Source: Eledone cirrhosa (lineage: Eukaryota). Taken from it: a stretch of DNA of 64,000 nucleotides. Positions 25,860 through 40,169 of the stretch are shown here, in pieces. The notes under the pieces are model-generated. The model did no database searches and was not told the origin of the DNA. It saw nothing but the letters and a program-made list of their open reading frames with translations. The stretch spans positions 222,332,001 through 222,396,000 of the forward strand of contig OZ024743.1 in the NCBI GenBank assembly GCA_964016885.1, in the 5' to 3' direction. Numbering within the stretch: position 1 is the stretch's first letter; each line of letters begins with the position of its first letter. Made by a program: the position numbers and the translations under genes.

Positions 25860-26522
25860 CTGATTTTGGCTTGGTTTCTACAGCTGGAAGCCCTTCCCAA
25901 TGTCAACCACATTAACAGAGTGTACTGAGTGCTTTTTGTTGCGACACCTACACAACCACTTTACAGTGTGGACTGGAGACTTGGGTGGTGGAGGTACAAG
26001 GGGATTGATGAGGTAGATCTCGGGGCTTGGGTGAGGACATGAGTGGAGTGTTAGGACATGAGTGGGGGGTCACGATGTTGGAGGTGTATGGAAGGGATGA
26101 TGGAGGGGAAGGTGGTGCCTCAATCCATGCATATGGGAAGAGAGGTCTTCTGTATTACTGCATAACACTACAGATCACAATCCTTTGAGAGTTGCAATTG
26201 TGCAAGGTCAGCTTTTATCACCTACCAAGTCTTCCTACTCCATAGCTTCCATCAACTTTGAGTGCTCTGCGCCTTTTTATACAGCTGTCATCCTTCATAT
26301 GCATCACATGTCCATACCAATGCAATCTCTTCTCCTGCACACTGCATCTGATCCCTCTTATGCCCAGTTTTTCTCTCAGTTCATTTATGCTTTGCAGTTC
26401 ATGTATATTACTATTACACACCCATCAAAGCATGGAAGCTTCATTTCTTTTCAATCTACATAGGTCCTCTGCACTGTGTCCAGTTCTCACTACCATGCAA
26501 CATTGCTGTTCATATACATGCA
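25860..26522 (-). mobile_element. Decayed RTE 3' fragment
   Basis: RLKRNEASML..RLHWYGHVMHM; 3' UTR module similar to RTE 2625-6368. Confidence 0.8.
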
Positions 26523-26554
26523 TCATATATATATATACATACACACACACACAC

Positions 26555-26587
<33 letters not shown>

Positions 26588-26594
26588 TATATAT

Positions 26595-26627
<33 letters not shown>

Positions 26628-26671
26628 CACATATATATACACACACACACACACACACATACACACACACA

Positions 26672-26720
<49 letters not shown>

Positions 26721-26723
<3 letters not shown>

Positions 26724-27150
26724 ATATAAGATCAAAAGATGGTTAAAGGAGTTCCATGTATTTTATTATGCGCATTTCAAAAACAAACATCATCATGCAA
26801 TAATATTTGTGTTTTCATCAGATAAAACAGGAGAACATGATATGAAGGCTAAAAAACACTTGTGGATAGTGCAGTTTTAAATCAACATATCATATATGTT
26901 GATTTAAAACTGCACTATCCATAAGTGTTTTTTAGCCTTCATATCATGTTCTCCTGTTTTATCTGATGAAAACACAAATATTATTGCATGATGATGTTTG
27001 TTTTTGAAATGCGCATAATAAAATACATGGAACTCCTTTAACCATCTTTTGATCTTATATTATGCATACTCCAGTCCTACAAACTGTAGAGTGCTTCTTA
27101 TCCGATATCTGCATTGCTTTATTGTACTACAATAAAACTCACCTCCTACA
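26721..27150. mobile_element. Foldback insert: 170-bp arms (26721-26890 and 26894-27063), 3-bp spacer, unique tail, between microsatellites
   Basis: One mismatch seen between arms; hammerhead motif in each arm. Confidence 0.85.
26957..27023 (+). ncRNA. Type I hammerhead ribozyme motif with canonical core; mirror copy ~26761-26827 (-)
   Basis: ttttat-CTGATGA-[~16-bp stem II]-GAAA-TGCGCA-TA-ataaaa. Confidence 0.78.
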
Positions 27151-28432
27151 TTATATATATATATATATATAGATAGATAGGGAGCAGCGGCTGTTAGGGT
27201 AAGACGTATTTTCTTGGGCTCTGCTAGAGTCAGCAGCAACACACAACCACGTGTTGCTACACACACACACAAGAGGAAAGAGAAAATTTAAAATTTATGA
27301 GACCAATGGAGATATGTACATTTATATATTTATATCTAGATATTGCTATTATCATTTACAGTCCCTCTGTGTTTAATGTATGTTCATTAGTATATGTGTT
27401 GTTATTTCTGCTTGCATTTTGCATATATACATATATATATCTATATATATGCTTGCGTGGACCCCTCTCAAAAATTCGTTGGATTTTCTAATTGGATACC
27501 CCGACACTGGATACCAACACTGAATACACCTGAACCTCTACCAGGAAATCTTTCATATCAGTGAACATTTTCTTTTCTTTGCTTCATATATACATATTAT
27601 ATATACTTGTCCGCCATTGCAAAAGGCCATAAATTCAAAATTTTGAAGAGAGAGGAAAAGAGAGAAGTGATCTATGAACTTGTAACATCTCACTGACCCC
27701 CCGTCACCACAATAACAATAACGCCTACACTCGCTCCCCACCATCACCACATTACTCTAAGGTCGCTGTCCTGTCCCCTGTTGACATACTGCTGACTATC
27801 TTTTGATGTATGTATGTGTATATACATATGTGTATGTGTGTGTATATGTATATCTCAGTGGATGCGACCAGATTTCAACACAGCAACAACTACAACAACA
27901 ACAGCAGCAACACCAACACCAACAACAACAGCAACAACACCATCGTCTGTGTTGAATGTGTGTGTGTGTGTGTATGTATTTGTATATATGCGGCAGCAAT
28001 AACAGCATCAACACCATTGTCTGCAGCAACAGCAGCAGTGAAATGAAGGACAACAACAACAACGACAACAACTACAATAACAACTACAACACCAACAACT
28101 GCCACCACCATCACTGACCATCCACCACCACCACGCTGATACCATCCACCACCACCACACTGACACCATCCACCACCGCCATTACCAGCGTAAAGCAAAC
28201 AATTATTATTGTTATTGTTATTATATACAAGCCGAACTGGACTGGGAAAGGTCAACAGTTGACATGATAGTGATTTTGACGATTTTGATTTTGATTTTGA
28301 TTCAGTACTGTCGGTAATATATGTATATATATATGTTTGTGAGTGGTGTGTGTGATTGTATGCACGAATGAGTGTTGGTATGTGTGGTTGTGGTTTGTAT
28401 GCATGAGTATTGGTGTGTGAGTCGTGTCAATA

Positions 28433-28464
<32 letters not shown>

Positions 28465-28466
<2 letters not shown>

Positions 28467-31400
28467 GACCATGCTGTAAAATGGAGGGGTAGAGAGGGCC
28501 CTTGAGTCTAGTAAGACATCCTCTCTAGTGCTGGTGGCACAAATAAAAGCACCCAGTCCATGCTGTAAAGTGGCGCTGGTGTTAGGAAGGGCATCCAACC
28601 AGTGTATCAATGCCAAAAAGCTTATCAGCACAGCAACAAAACAGCATAGAAAAATATGAAGACGTCGCATCTCAGAGTTGCAACACTTAATGTTGGCACT
28701 CTCAGAGGTAGATCTGCTGAAATAGCGGAGATGCTGGAGAGAAGGCAGGTGGATGTGTGCTGCGTGCAAGAGGTGAGATGGAGAGGTGCCTCTGCGAGAC
28801 TAGTCGTAGGCAAGCGTCTTAGCTATAAGCTATTCTGGGTAGGTAAGGATGATGGGTTAGGGGGAGTAGGCATTTTCCTGGCTGAGAAATGGATCAATAA
28901 GACAATAGAGGTAGTTCGAGTTAGTAATCGAATAATTAAGCTTAGATTAGTTGTAGGTAGGAGACTACTGACAATCATCTCGGTCTATGCTCCCCAAGCA
29001 GGCCTAGGCAAAGATGAGAAAGACTGCTTTTATGAGCAACTTTTGCAAACAACCACAATGACAGAGGACGGAGACATCGTTATGCTAGCAGGAGACTTCA
29101 ATGGTCATGTTGGACAGCTCCAGGATGGTTACACTGGGGTACATGGTGGGCACGGTTACGGTTCAAGAAATGAAGAAGGAGTGAGACTTCTTGAATTTTG
29201 TGATGCAAGTACATTGACTATTTGCAACACAAACTTCCAGAAACCTGCCAATCACCTAATAACCTACAAATCTGGTGAGCACATAAGCCAGATTGACTTC
29301 CTGCTAGTTAGGCAGCGGGACAGGCAGATAGTGTCTAATACCAAGGCATACCCTGGGGAAGAATGTACCCCACAGCATAGGTTAGTTGTTAGTGATATCT
29401 CAGTAAGCAAGAGATGGAATGAGACATATAGGAAGGTGTGGAGAAGAAAGGTCTGGAAGCTAAAAGACCTTTCACTAAAATTCAAATTTAGGAAAGCCCT
29501 TCAAGATGTATATGACGAAAAAGAAGACGATTTAGAGACGTATGACATAGATAATAACTGGAAGTTCTTATGTGACAACTTGCTGCAGGCTACTGATGAA
29601 ACCTGTGGCTGGAGCAGAGCTCCAACCAGACAGAGAGTGACCTGGTGGTGGAACAGCACAGTAGATAAGGCTATTAGAGACAAAAGACTAGCATGGAAGG
29701 CTTGGAAAAAGGGTGGGAGTAGGGAAGAATATACAGCCACTAAGAGAGAAGCTAGACGTCAGGTGTACTTAGCACGCAGGGAGGCAGAGAGTAGGAGGTT
29801 TGCCAATGTTCTGCGATGGGATGATCAGAGGCGTGCGGTGTTCCACATTGCAAGGCAGTGTGTCAATGCAAATCAGGATGTTGTTGGTGATAAATGTGTC
29901 CGGGATGATGCCGGTGTACTTAGTGTCACGAATGACCAGAAAAAGGAGGCCTGGAAATGTCATTATGAGAGACTGATGAATGTGGAGAACGAATGGGAGA
30001 GAGAGAAATTACCCTTGGTAGATCCGACAGAGGGACCAGCTATTGAGATTGACGAATATAGGGTCCAAGAGGCGATTAGGGAAATGAAAAATGGTAAGGC
30101 GGCCGGACCATCGGGAATAGTTGCTGAGATGCTGAAGGCATCAGGGAACGTAGGCACTAAACTGGTTGCACGCATCATCAATCAGGCTATATATGGTGGT
30201 GTCATACCCAAAGACTGGTGCAGCAGTATTCTCATAAATTGCTACAAAGGTAAAGGGGATGCTTTGGAGAGGAGCAATTATAGGGGTATAAAACTGATAG
30301 ATCAGGTTATGAAAGTGGCAGAAAGGATTTTAACACAACTAATTAGAGAAAGGGTCAAACTAGATGAGATGCAGTTTGGTTTTGTGCCTGGGAAGAGTAA
30401 AACAGATGCCCTCTTCTTGGTGAGACAAATGCAAGAGAGGTTCTTAGAGAAGAATAAGCCACTATACTTAGCCTTTGTTGACCTAGAGAAGGCCTTTGAT
30501 AGGGTACCCCGATCTGTCATCTGGTGGTCCCTAAGGAAGCTGGGTGTTGAGGAATGGCTTGTGAGGACAGTGCAAACTTTGTACAGAGGTACTCTCAGTA
30601 AAGTCAGGGTAGGAATGGAGTTTAGTGAGGAATTCCAGATACAAGTAGGAGTACATCAGGGTTCGGTCCCCAGCCCGCTCTTGTTCATTATAGTCCTCCA
30701 AGCCATAACAGAGGAGTTTAAGACTGGCTGTCCATGGGAACTTCTCTATGCTGACAATCTGGCTCTTATGGCAGAATCAGTAGAGGAGCAAGAGAATAAA
30801 TTCCGGCTATGGAAACAGCAGTTGGAAGCAAGAGGACTGAGAGTAAATCTAGCTAAGACAAAAGTGTTGATGAGTAGAAAAGAGGACAAAACCCTGATTC
30901 CGTCAGGGAAATGGCCATGTTCGATATGCAGAAAAGGAACTGGCATAAATTCTATAAAATGCACACAATGCAGGTCCTGGGTACACAAGAGATGTAGCGG
31001 GATAGCAGGCAAACTAACAGGTAGGGAGAAATATATATGCAGTAGATGTACAGGGAAATTAGACAGTAGAAGTCGCACTGATAGACACATTTTTCAAATG
31101 CGAGAGGGCACTATAGAAGTGGTGGATAGCTTCCGGTACCTAGGAGATCAGATTAGCATGGGAGGAGGGTGTTCCGAGGCCATAGTATCTAGAATAAGGA
31201 CGGGTTGGAAGAAGTTTAGGGAGCTGCTTCCTCTGTTGACGAAGAAGGGTTTCTCCCTGCATACGAAAGGCCGGTTGTATGATGCCTGTGTGAGGAGCGC
31301 GATGCTGCATGGTAGTGAGACATGGGCAGCAACTGCAGAGGATATGCGACGGCTGGAGAGAAATGAGGCAAGCATGCTCCGTTGGATGTGCAGTGTAAAT

Positions 31401-31749
31401 GTGCGTGAACGAACCAGCATAAATGTGTTGAGAGAGAAACTGTCTGAGAGGGATAGAATGTAGTGTACGGGAGAGGAGACTGAGGTGGTATGGACATGTG
31501 ATGCGCATGGAGGATGACCGATAGGTGAAGAAGTGCCAGGAAATGCCAGTTGAAGGAAGACGTGGTAGAGGTAGACCACGAAAAACATGGGCGGAGGTGG
31601 TGAGAACAGACCTCAGATCATTGAAGCTCACGGTGGAGATGACGAGGGACCGTGACGAGTGGAGAGATGCTGTGCTGAATAAGACCCGTCCCACCCTTGC
31701 AAGCAGGGAAAAGCGGACGTAAAATGATGATGATGATGATGATGATGAT
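28465..31749 (+). mobile_element. Near-full-length RTE LINE (second subfamily) with (GAT)n tail
   Basis: Collinear with RTE 2625-6368 at protein level; tail abuts TA/CA repeats. Confidence 0.92.
28656..31463 (+). pseudogene. RTE ORF (APE + RT + PHD-like finger), probably inactive
   Basis: Catalytic YADD is YADN; frameshift near 31445; C-terminus continues to 31722. Confidence 0.88.
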
Positions 31750-32097
31750 ATATACACACACATATCTTGTGTGTATTATGTGTGTTGTTTAATTGTGATC
31801 ATCATCATCACTGTACACAATAAAGTGATTCCTAATAACTATTTGACTGATTAAATCCATAAAATGTTTTTATCTCGACATCTGAGTGGCTACCAGCCAT
31901 TCTGCATTATATCCATGCTATGGATTTAATCAAATATTTACCTACTCACATACACCACACTTATACCTGGAATATTTACATATAGAACAATATATAAATT
32001 GATTTCTTATTTAGGCTCAAAGCCAAAACCTTTATAAAATAACTAATGTATATTTTGTGTTTGAAAAAAAAAATTAAACATATATACATATTGATGT

Positions 32098-32300
32098 AGG
32101 CATGGCTGTGTTATTAAGAAGCTTGCTTAGCAACCACTTGGTTTCAGGTTTACTCCCTCTGCATGGCACCTTGAGCAAGTACCTCCAGTCAACCAATACT
32201 TTGAAGTTTGGTAGGCAAAATCTATGCAGAAGTTTGTCATATATATGTATCATTATCGTCATCATTTAACATCTGCTTTTCCATGCTGGCATGGGTTATT
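32098..32300 (+). mobile_element. Second tRNA-like SINE family, diverged; related pieces at ~37870-37995, 42480-42625, 51380-51500, 58850-58975
   Basis: ggcatggctgtg..aagaagcttgct..ggttt..ctgcatggcaccttgagcaag head. Confidence 0.55.
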
Positions 32301-32479
32301 ACAGACCAAATCAGCACTCAATTGGAGCCACAATTCCAACAAAGGGACCAGAGACCACATCTGGCTCATGTATGCTCCTACACTTTACACAGTGTATTAT
32401 GTTCATTTTATCATGGTGCCATCTATATGGGGGTGTGTTAATTATTAACTTGTAGAGCATTGCAGCAAGCTTATAAAGG

Positions 32480-34010
32480 TGAACTGTTGACAGAAGGGAT
32501 TTTACTGCAGACCAATTATTGAACTGGACCTAAAGATCAAATTCTTAGATATTTCTTCAACTGCTGAAAAAGTTCAGGACTACTATGATCATTGTGACCT
32601 TTGGGTAGAGGTAAGAGAAAATCTTTCAGAAAAGGCTATCAAGAGTTCTTTCCTAACTGCAATTGGAAAGGAAGTATTTTCACTGGTGAAGACATTGATC
32701 TATCTGAAAGATCTCAAGTCAGTGTCCTTAACAGAAATACAGGAAGCTCTTTGCAACCATTTCAAACTAGCAAAGTTTCAAGCAAATGAGAGGGTGAAAT
32801 TCAACACATAAGTGCATGGTGAATCTGAGGTCTTCTGTCAATTCATCTTGAAACTACAACACCAGGCAATCTAATGTGAAACAAGTTATACACAGCAGCC
32901 TGGGATTGTCTCATTGCCAGAATTAACAAACTATTTCTCTTGGAAAATCCGACATTCTAAGACTTGTGTACAGTCTGCAATAAGGCTGAGGATGTGCGGA
33001 AAAATCGTCAGTGAGCCAGCTGTCTTATTCCAGATGCATCAATCACAAGGTCAGATCTCAAAGGACAAAAGGACTGAACATGGTAATTCAAAACAGACAA
33101 ACAAAGGAAATGGTTCGTTCAGTTCTAGTTATTCTTGTGGCGATAAACACCTAAGACAAGAGTGTAAATTTTGTAATGTTATTTGCAGAAAATGCCATAA
33201 TTCAGGGCACATAGATCAAATTTGTAGGAGTATGGTGCTTATAGCCACAGTAAATCTAAGTGATGACCTCAATTTGGTTACTTTAGCAATCACAGGCTCA
33301 AGACATATTGTGCAGACTTTCAAGTCAAGTACAAATAGAATTCCCGATTTCATCAATGACGTAGAATCGTTGATAAGCCTGAATTCCATGAAAAAAGTTT
33401 TATCCGCAGACTGAAATGCATTCAACTGTTGCCAAAACTGTTGGTGTGACTAGACACAAGGTAGAGCTGGTAGGACAGACTAGCATTCCTATTTACAACT
33501 CTAAATAATCAATTGTAAACTTGTCTCTTTCAAGTATCCAAATCTAGCTACTCAATTCTTGACCTTGACTCCATGAAAGCTTTGATTATTTCTTTAACCT
33601 TTTCTATTCAATACATTTCTGACATTCAAGAGCTGATAGATCGTTGTTAAAAATCCAACGGTGGCAGGAAAATTAAAAACATCCACCTCGATGTAACCAG
33701 AGAAACTATATTTATGAAAAGGTGCATGATCTCAAATGATTTGAGAGACACTGTTAAACATGAATTATACAAGATAGTTGAGCGAGGCATTCTAAACCCT
33801 GTAAATGCATCTCAATGGCTTAAACCAATTTGACACCAATGCAGTGCAATGGTGTGACCTCCTAGGATCTGTGGTGATTACAGAATCACCATTAAGAGAG
33901 TTTCATACAATTATGGGTGTACAACAGAAGAGCTGGAAGATGTATTAGCTAAAATGAATTCATCCACAATATTCTCAACTAAAGATTTGAAGAATGCATT
34001 CTTGCTATCA
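32480..34010 (+). pseudogene. Decayed Ty3/Gypsy gag-pol fragment
   Basis: ERVKFN..QFILKL; double Zn knuckle CGDKH..C / CRKCHNSGH..C; RT pieces SQW, ICGDYRIT, FSTKDLKNAF; many stops. Confidence 0.75.
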
Positions 34011-34249
34011 ACCATTTCTATGTATCCTTCTTGGGATTGAAAATAGTTTATTTCACTGATGCTCCCACAACTAACTAGCCTTGTGCCTCTATTACATACA
34101 AAGTCTACCTTTTCTGTTAGACTGCCCTCAATCTCACTACACCTTTTTATTTACATTGTGTACATTATATTGAGTTTCTACCTAATCCTTTTCTACATAT
34201 TAAGCAAAGCCACTTACCTGATGGGATCAGAGCCTTGTCTATTTTCCTA

Positions 34250-34635
34250 CATGCTAAAACTTTAGGATTCCCAAATTTACTCTACGCCCTTTTGATTCTA
34301 AGTTCCAAAGCCAGAATTTCTTCTCTAGCTCTTCTACTGATTTGTCTATAGAAACCAGGTGGTGAGTATATAGAAGATCCCATGGACAGCCAGGCTTAAA
34401 CTCCTCTGTGATGGCATGGAGAACTATAATAAACAAGTTGAAAACTGAGCCCTGATGAACCTGCACTTTGAATTCCTTACCTAACCTCACTTCACTGACA
34501 GCTCCTTTGTTCTCATAAGCCATACTTCTGTGCTTAGTTTCCCCAGGGACAACCGGATGACAGATTATGGTACTCTGTCAAATGGTCTTCTCCAGATCAA
34601 GGAAAGCTAGATATAGTGGCTTACACTTAACTAGG
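34250..34635 (-). mobile_element. RTE RT fragment
   Basis: VHQGSV..FIIVLHAITEEFKPGCPWDLLY. Confidence 0.85.
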
Positions 34636-34917
34636 AACTTCTTATTAAGAAGAGGGCACTGCTCCACCCTGGCATAAAACTAAACTGTGGTATACCTCAC
34701 GTCTCTGATCCTTATGTCACAAGATATTGGCCAACCTCCTTAGCTACCTGGTACTGCTACCCTCATTTTTCTAGCCTTTCCATGCCTGTTTCTTGGCTTT
34801 CATACCAAGAATATAAATGGAATGAAGAAAAACATTGACCTGGTTACAATGTTCTTGAAAGATATAGGATTGGAATTTGGCCAGGATAAATTCAGGATGG
34901 GGAGGAAACTGATTATC

Positions 34918-36005
34918 ATGATGACATTAATGGTGACAAAGGTGATGGTGATGACATTAATGGTGACAATGGTGATGGTGATGACATTAATGGTGACAAT
35001 GGTGATGGTGATGACATTAATGGTGACAATGGTGATGGTGATGACATTAATGGTGATGGTGATGGTGATTACATTAATGGTGACAATGGTGATGGTGATG
35101 ACATTAATGGTGGTGATGGTGATGACATTAATGGTGACAATGGTGATGGTGATGACATTAATGGTGACAATGGTGATGGTGATGACATTAATGGTGACAA
35201 TGGTGATGGTGATGACATTAATGGTGGTGATGGTGATGGTGATGACATTAATGGTGACAATGGTGATGGTGATGACATTAATGGTGACAATGGTGATGGT
35301 GATGACATTAATGGTGGTGATGGTGATGGTGATGGTGATGACATTAATGGTGACAATGGTGATGGTGATGACATTAATGGTGACAATGGTGATGGTGATG
35401 ACATTAATGGTGACAATGGTGATGGTGATGACATTAATGGTGACAATGGTGATGGTGATGACATTAATGGTGGTGATGGTGATGGTGATGACATTAATGG
35501 TGACAATGGTGATGGTGATGACATTAATGGTGACAATGGTGATGGTGATGGCATTAATGGTGACAATGGTGATGACATTAATGGTGACAATGGTGATGGT
35601 GATGACATTAATGGTGGTGATGGTGATGGTGATGACATTAATGGTGACAATGGTGATGGTGATGACATTGATGGTGGTGATGGTGATGGTGATGACATTA
35701 ATGGTGACAATGGTGATGGTGATGACATTAATGGTGACAATGGTGATGGTGATGACATTGATGGTGGTGATGGTGATGGTGATGACATTAATGGTGACAA
35801 TGGTGATGGTGATGACATTAATGGTGGTGATGGTGATGGTGATGACATTAATGGTGACAATGGTGATGACATTAATGGTGACAATGGTGATGGTGATGAC
35901 ATTAATGGTGGTGATGGTGATGGTGATGACATTAATGGTGACAATGGTGATGACATTAATGGTGACAATGGTGATGGTGATGACATTAATGGTGGTGATG
36001 ATGAT
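34918..36005. repeat. Minisatellite with 30-bp unit (atgacattaatggtgacaatggtgatggtg)
   Basis: Seen directly; explains the spurious VMVMTL and SSPSPL ORFs. Confidence 0.95.
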
Positions 36006-36134
36006 GATGACAATGATGGGGATGACAGTGTTGATGATGTTGACAGTGGTGGTGGTGACAGTGGTGGTGAAATAAAGTACCAGTAATGTACTGGTTAATT
36101 GCTGGCCTTGTGCCTAAAGTAGAAACAATTATTA

Positions 36135-36822
36135 CATGACTACACATAACTACATACTATTACTACATGTTACTACCACATTACTACATGATGATGATAC
36201 CACTGCATTACATGTTACTACCACATTACTACATGATGATGATACCACTACATTATTACATGTTACTGCCACATTACTACATGATGATGATACAATATTA
36301 CTACATGTTACTACCACATTACTACATGATGATGATACCACTACATTACTACATGTTACTACCACATTACTACATGATGATGATACCACATTACTACATG
36401 TTACTACCACTACATTATTACATGTTATTACTATATTACTACACATTACTACATGTTATTACCACATTACTGCACATGATAATATTATTACATTAGCACA
36501 ACTGCACATTACTGCTACATTAGTACACATAATGATCATACTACCACATTTCTACATGTTATTACTACATTACTACATGTTACTGTTACATTAGTACACA
36601 TGATAATGATGATACTACCACATTACTACATTACTGCATGTTACTGTTACATTAGTACACATGATGATGATGATACTACCACATTACTTCATGTTACTGT
36701 TACATTAGTACACATGATGATGATGAAACTACCACATTACTACATGCTATTACTATATTACTACACATTACTACTACACTAGTACACATGATGAAGATAA
36801 TCATCACACTACCACACTACAC
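36135..36822. repeat. Degenerate cattactacatg-based tandem repeat
   Basis: Seen directly. Confidence 0.85.
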
Positions 36823-38593
36823 ATTTTATAGACCCACCCAGAGAAAAATGAAAGGCAAAATTGATTCTGAGTAGGATCAATTTTCAAATTCAGAATGTAG
36901 ACAGCATGTAACTAAATATGGTAAAAGCATTTATTTTGTCTGAGATTCTGCAATTTCTGTTACTGCAACACTTCCCATTAAATAGAAAAATTACATCAAC
37001 AACAAAAAGTAAAATTTAAAAAAAGTGATAATAATAATAAAGGTGACGAAGTGGCAGAGTTGTTAGAACATCAGAAAGAATGATTTGTGGTGTTTGTCTG
37101 GCTCCCTGCTTTCTCAGTTCAAATCCTGTCGAGGTCAACTTTGCCTTTCACCCATTCGAGGTTGATAAAAAAAAAGTACCAGTCTAGTACTGGGGGTCGA
37201 TTCTTCCTCTATATCTCTTTTTTTCCTCTTTATCATTCTCTGGAAGAAACTGCTGTATTCAAACCTGGAGAAGGATGGGCTTTGGCAGGTTTAAAATTAC
37301 CCTTCAGGTGACCAAGTGCTGAATCTGGTGCATTATTGCACCAGCTTCAGCAATTCTTGCACTTAATTCAGCCTCTTGCCTTCTACCACTCATGAAAATA
37401 GCTGCGAGATACTTGAACCTACTTCAGTGCAACTCCACTCACATGCAGAGCTCACTGCACAGGTTTTCTCCAGAAGTCTATATATAATTATATATAAAAA
37501 TGACTTCTACTGGACTAGAACTGTTTCACTAATATGAAATCATTAGGAATATATATATATTTGTTCATTTCTTTGGTGATCCAAGTTGTTAGGCTCTACA
37601 ACTCCTTCCCAGAGCCCATGATCTTGCATTACCACAGAGCAAGCTCATAGTTCCAGAGCCAACATCTGGATAGTTAGTGCTTTAGATTTGATGTATTATG
37701 TGCATCCCCTTTTTTCACTTATGTGCTCCATTCTCCAGTATAAAATAATTTTAACTTACAGTTTGGCAAGTTGATAAACCTAGTTTTTGATACTTGTTGC
37801 TCAAGAAATTAATGTGCAAGTGGGTGAGCATTCCACTGATACATATATCTTTAATATAGCTCACTTTTGCAAGCTAAAGGAACTAGAGCTATGTGAAATG
37901 AAGTGTCTTGCTCAAGGATACATTGCACTGCTTTGAATTGAACTCATGATATTATGATTGTGAGCCAAGCACCTTAGCTACTAAGCTATGTGCCTTTACA
38001 CTTTACATTTAGGACAATCTAACTCATAGAACTGGTAACAGGTTGTATAAAGAGATTTTACAGTCTGTATTGTTTCAAATTCTGAAAGGAAAATAGAAAA
38101 ATGCAAAAAAATATATAAATACCATGTGTGTGTATACAGGATGTTGTATATGGATATTTTTTAGGTACAGAGCTGGTGCCTGAATATTTAACACCCTAGT
38201 CTAGCCCTACAATGTCCACTCTCTTCTACCAACTATATACCCTATTCTCTAAATAAAATAATTTCAACTTACAATTTGATAAGTTGATTAACCTAGTTTT
38301 TGCTCTGACTATGCTGAAGAAATTACAAAGCATTGTATAAGCTTTTGTATAAATTAATTAAATTTATAATAATTTTCTCTGATCAATAAATAAATTTCTA
38401 AATATTTTTGCCATGTAACAGCATTGTGGAAATATCCAAAGCATTTTCCACTGCACAGTCCACACTCACCCATGCCAAATTATGTGACAGGTCATAACAC
38501 TATACAACCTTCTCCACCACTTCGGATATTTTCACAACTGTTATGCACCAAAGATGTTTATTTATTGATCACAGGAAATTATTATATATTTAA

Positions 38594-38788
38594 CCCTTTA
38601 GCATTTACATTACTCTATATATACTATTGTATTTTTGTGATAAAGGCTTTATCTCACATAATATCGAATCTATGAGATTTTGATATTATTTATTTTGAGA
38701 ATACCTTAACATCAGTATGAGTGGCCAGTAACAGCTGGTTTGAACAGAAAGAGGTGAGAGAATTCTGGCCGGTTTAAATGCTAAAGGG
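38594..38788. mobile_element. piggyBac-type MITE
   Basis: TTAA-CCCTTTAGCATTTA...TAAATGCTAAAGGG-TTAA. Confidence 0.85.
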
Positions 38789-39185
38789 TTAAGGATCAAT
38801 AATATATCTTTCCGAGGTGTGCCTCCTAAGCAGCTGCTTACTTAGTCTAATGGTAGCACTAGCCCTACTTACTTCATACATTACTTTAATTAAGGTAAAC
38901 AAGTTTGAGATAGGATGTGATATGGCAAGAACTGAATCAAACACCATGGTTCTACTTTTAGGTATATTTCTTTAGAACAATTGAATTCAGGTGCAATTAA
39001 TTTCAAAATTTACCTTTTCAAAACTAACCACACCCATCATCTCTATCTCTCTCTGTTGAAAAAAATAAAATTTACAGCTCACCACTATACAGGTTTAGCT
39101 GGTTTCCTAAAAGGTTGCATCTCATAGCAGGTTTCTCAGGTGTTTTAATGCTAGGGACTTCAGGCCTAACCTCAAAAGCATTTAA

Positions 39186-39381
39186 TCCTTTAGCATTTAC
39201 AATACTCTATATATACTATTGTATTTTCGTGGTAAAGGCTTTATCTCACATAATCGAATCTATGAGATTTTGATATTATTTATTTTGAGAACAATACATT
39301 AACATCAGCATGAGTGGCAAGTTATGGCCAGTTTGAACAGAAAGAGGTAAGAGAATTCTGGCTGGTTTAAACGCTAAAGGG
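39186..39381. mobile_element. piggyBac-type MITE, same family
   Basis: TTAA flanks; highly similar to 38594-38788. Confidence 0.8.
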
Positions 39382-40169
39382 TTAAATTTTTGCAAGTTGA
39401 GATGCATATGGAGAGAATTTTCTTAGCAGGAAGAATTGGGGAAGTTGAACACAACTTGAGTGATGAGAGAAGTAGGTCCACATCAAGACATGAGCATGGC
39501 AGAATTTCCAGAGGGCCAACTTTCTAAACAGGAAAGAGTGGGTAGAGTGATTAGTGTGAGGTATGGGTTTTTGACACAACATGGCTAATAAAAGAAGAGA
39601 GGAGTGAAGAATTAAGAGTCATGATTAAAGATGGCATGAGGACAGCCAGCTCTGAGGAACAGAATCATTGTGGTAATGGTAGACAAGGCAAAAAGAGAGA
39701 GTTTAAATGAGTCTGTGGATGACTTTGTGTCAATAATAATACTGCCAAAATATCTGGCACTTGCTGACTTTTGTAAAGATATTTGTTGTTCTAATTGCTT
39801 TGTTTTTGTTGTTGGAAGGACATAGTATGCACTGGGTGCTTTTTGTTGTCACCAGCATGACCACCTTACAGAGTGAACTAGGTGCTCGTTCTCATATCAC
39901 CAGCATGACCACCTTATAGTGTGGACTGGGTGCTCTAGTTGTTGCACCAGATCAGCATACAGGGTGGACTTTGTACTTTTTGTCATAGCAACAGCATTGT
40001 GGGAGATTAGATGCATACCCAGCTTTTATGGGCTGGGGAGGTGAGGTGTATCAGGGCTGGGAACAGGTAAGCAAATTTGACATCAATTAGGCGCATGGGA
40101 TATTTAGCATGTGAGAGTGGGATATTAAGGTGGAGGAGAGTGATGGCAACAGGATTGATGCAGACTAGT

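Noticed and set aside
34822-36075. 417-aa and 314-aa repetitive ORFs
   Set aside because: Stop-free frames of a 30-bp minisatellite; no other coding evidence.
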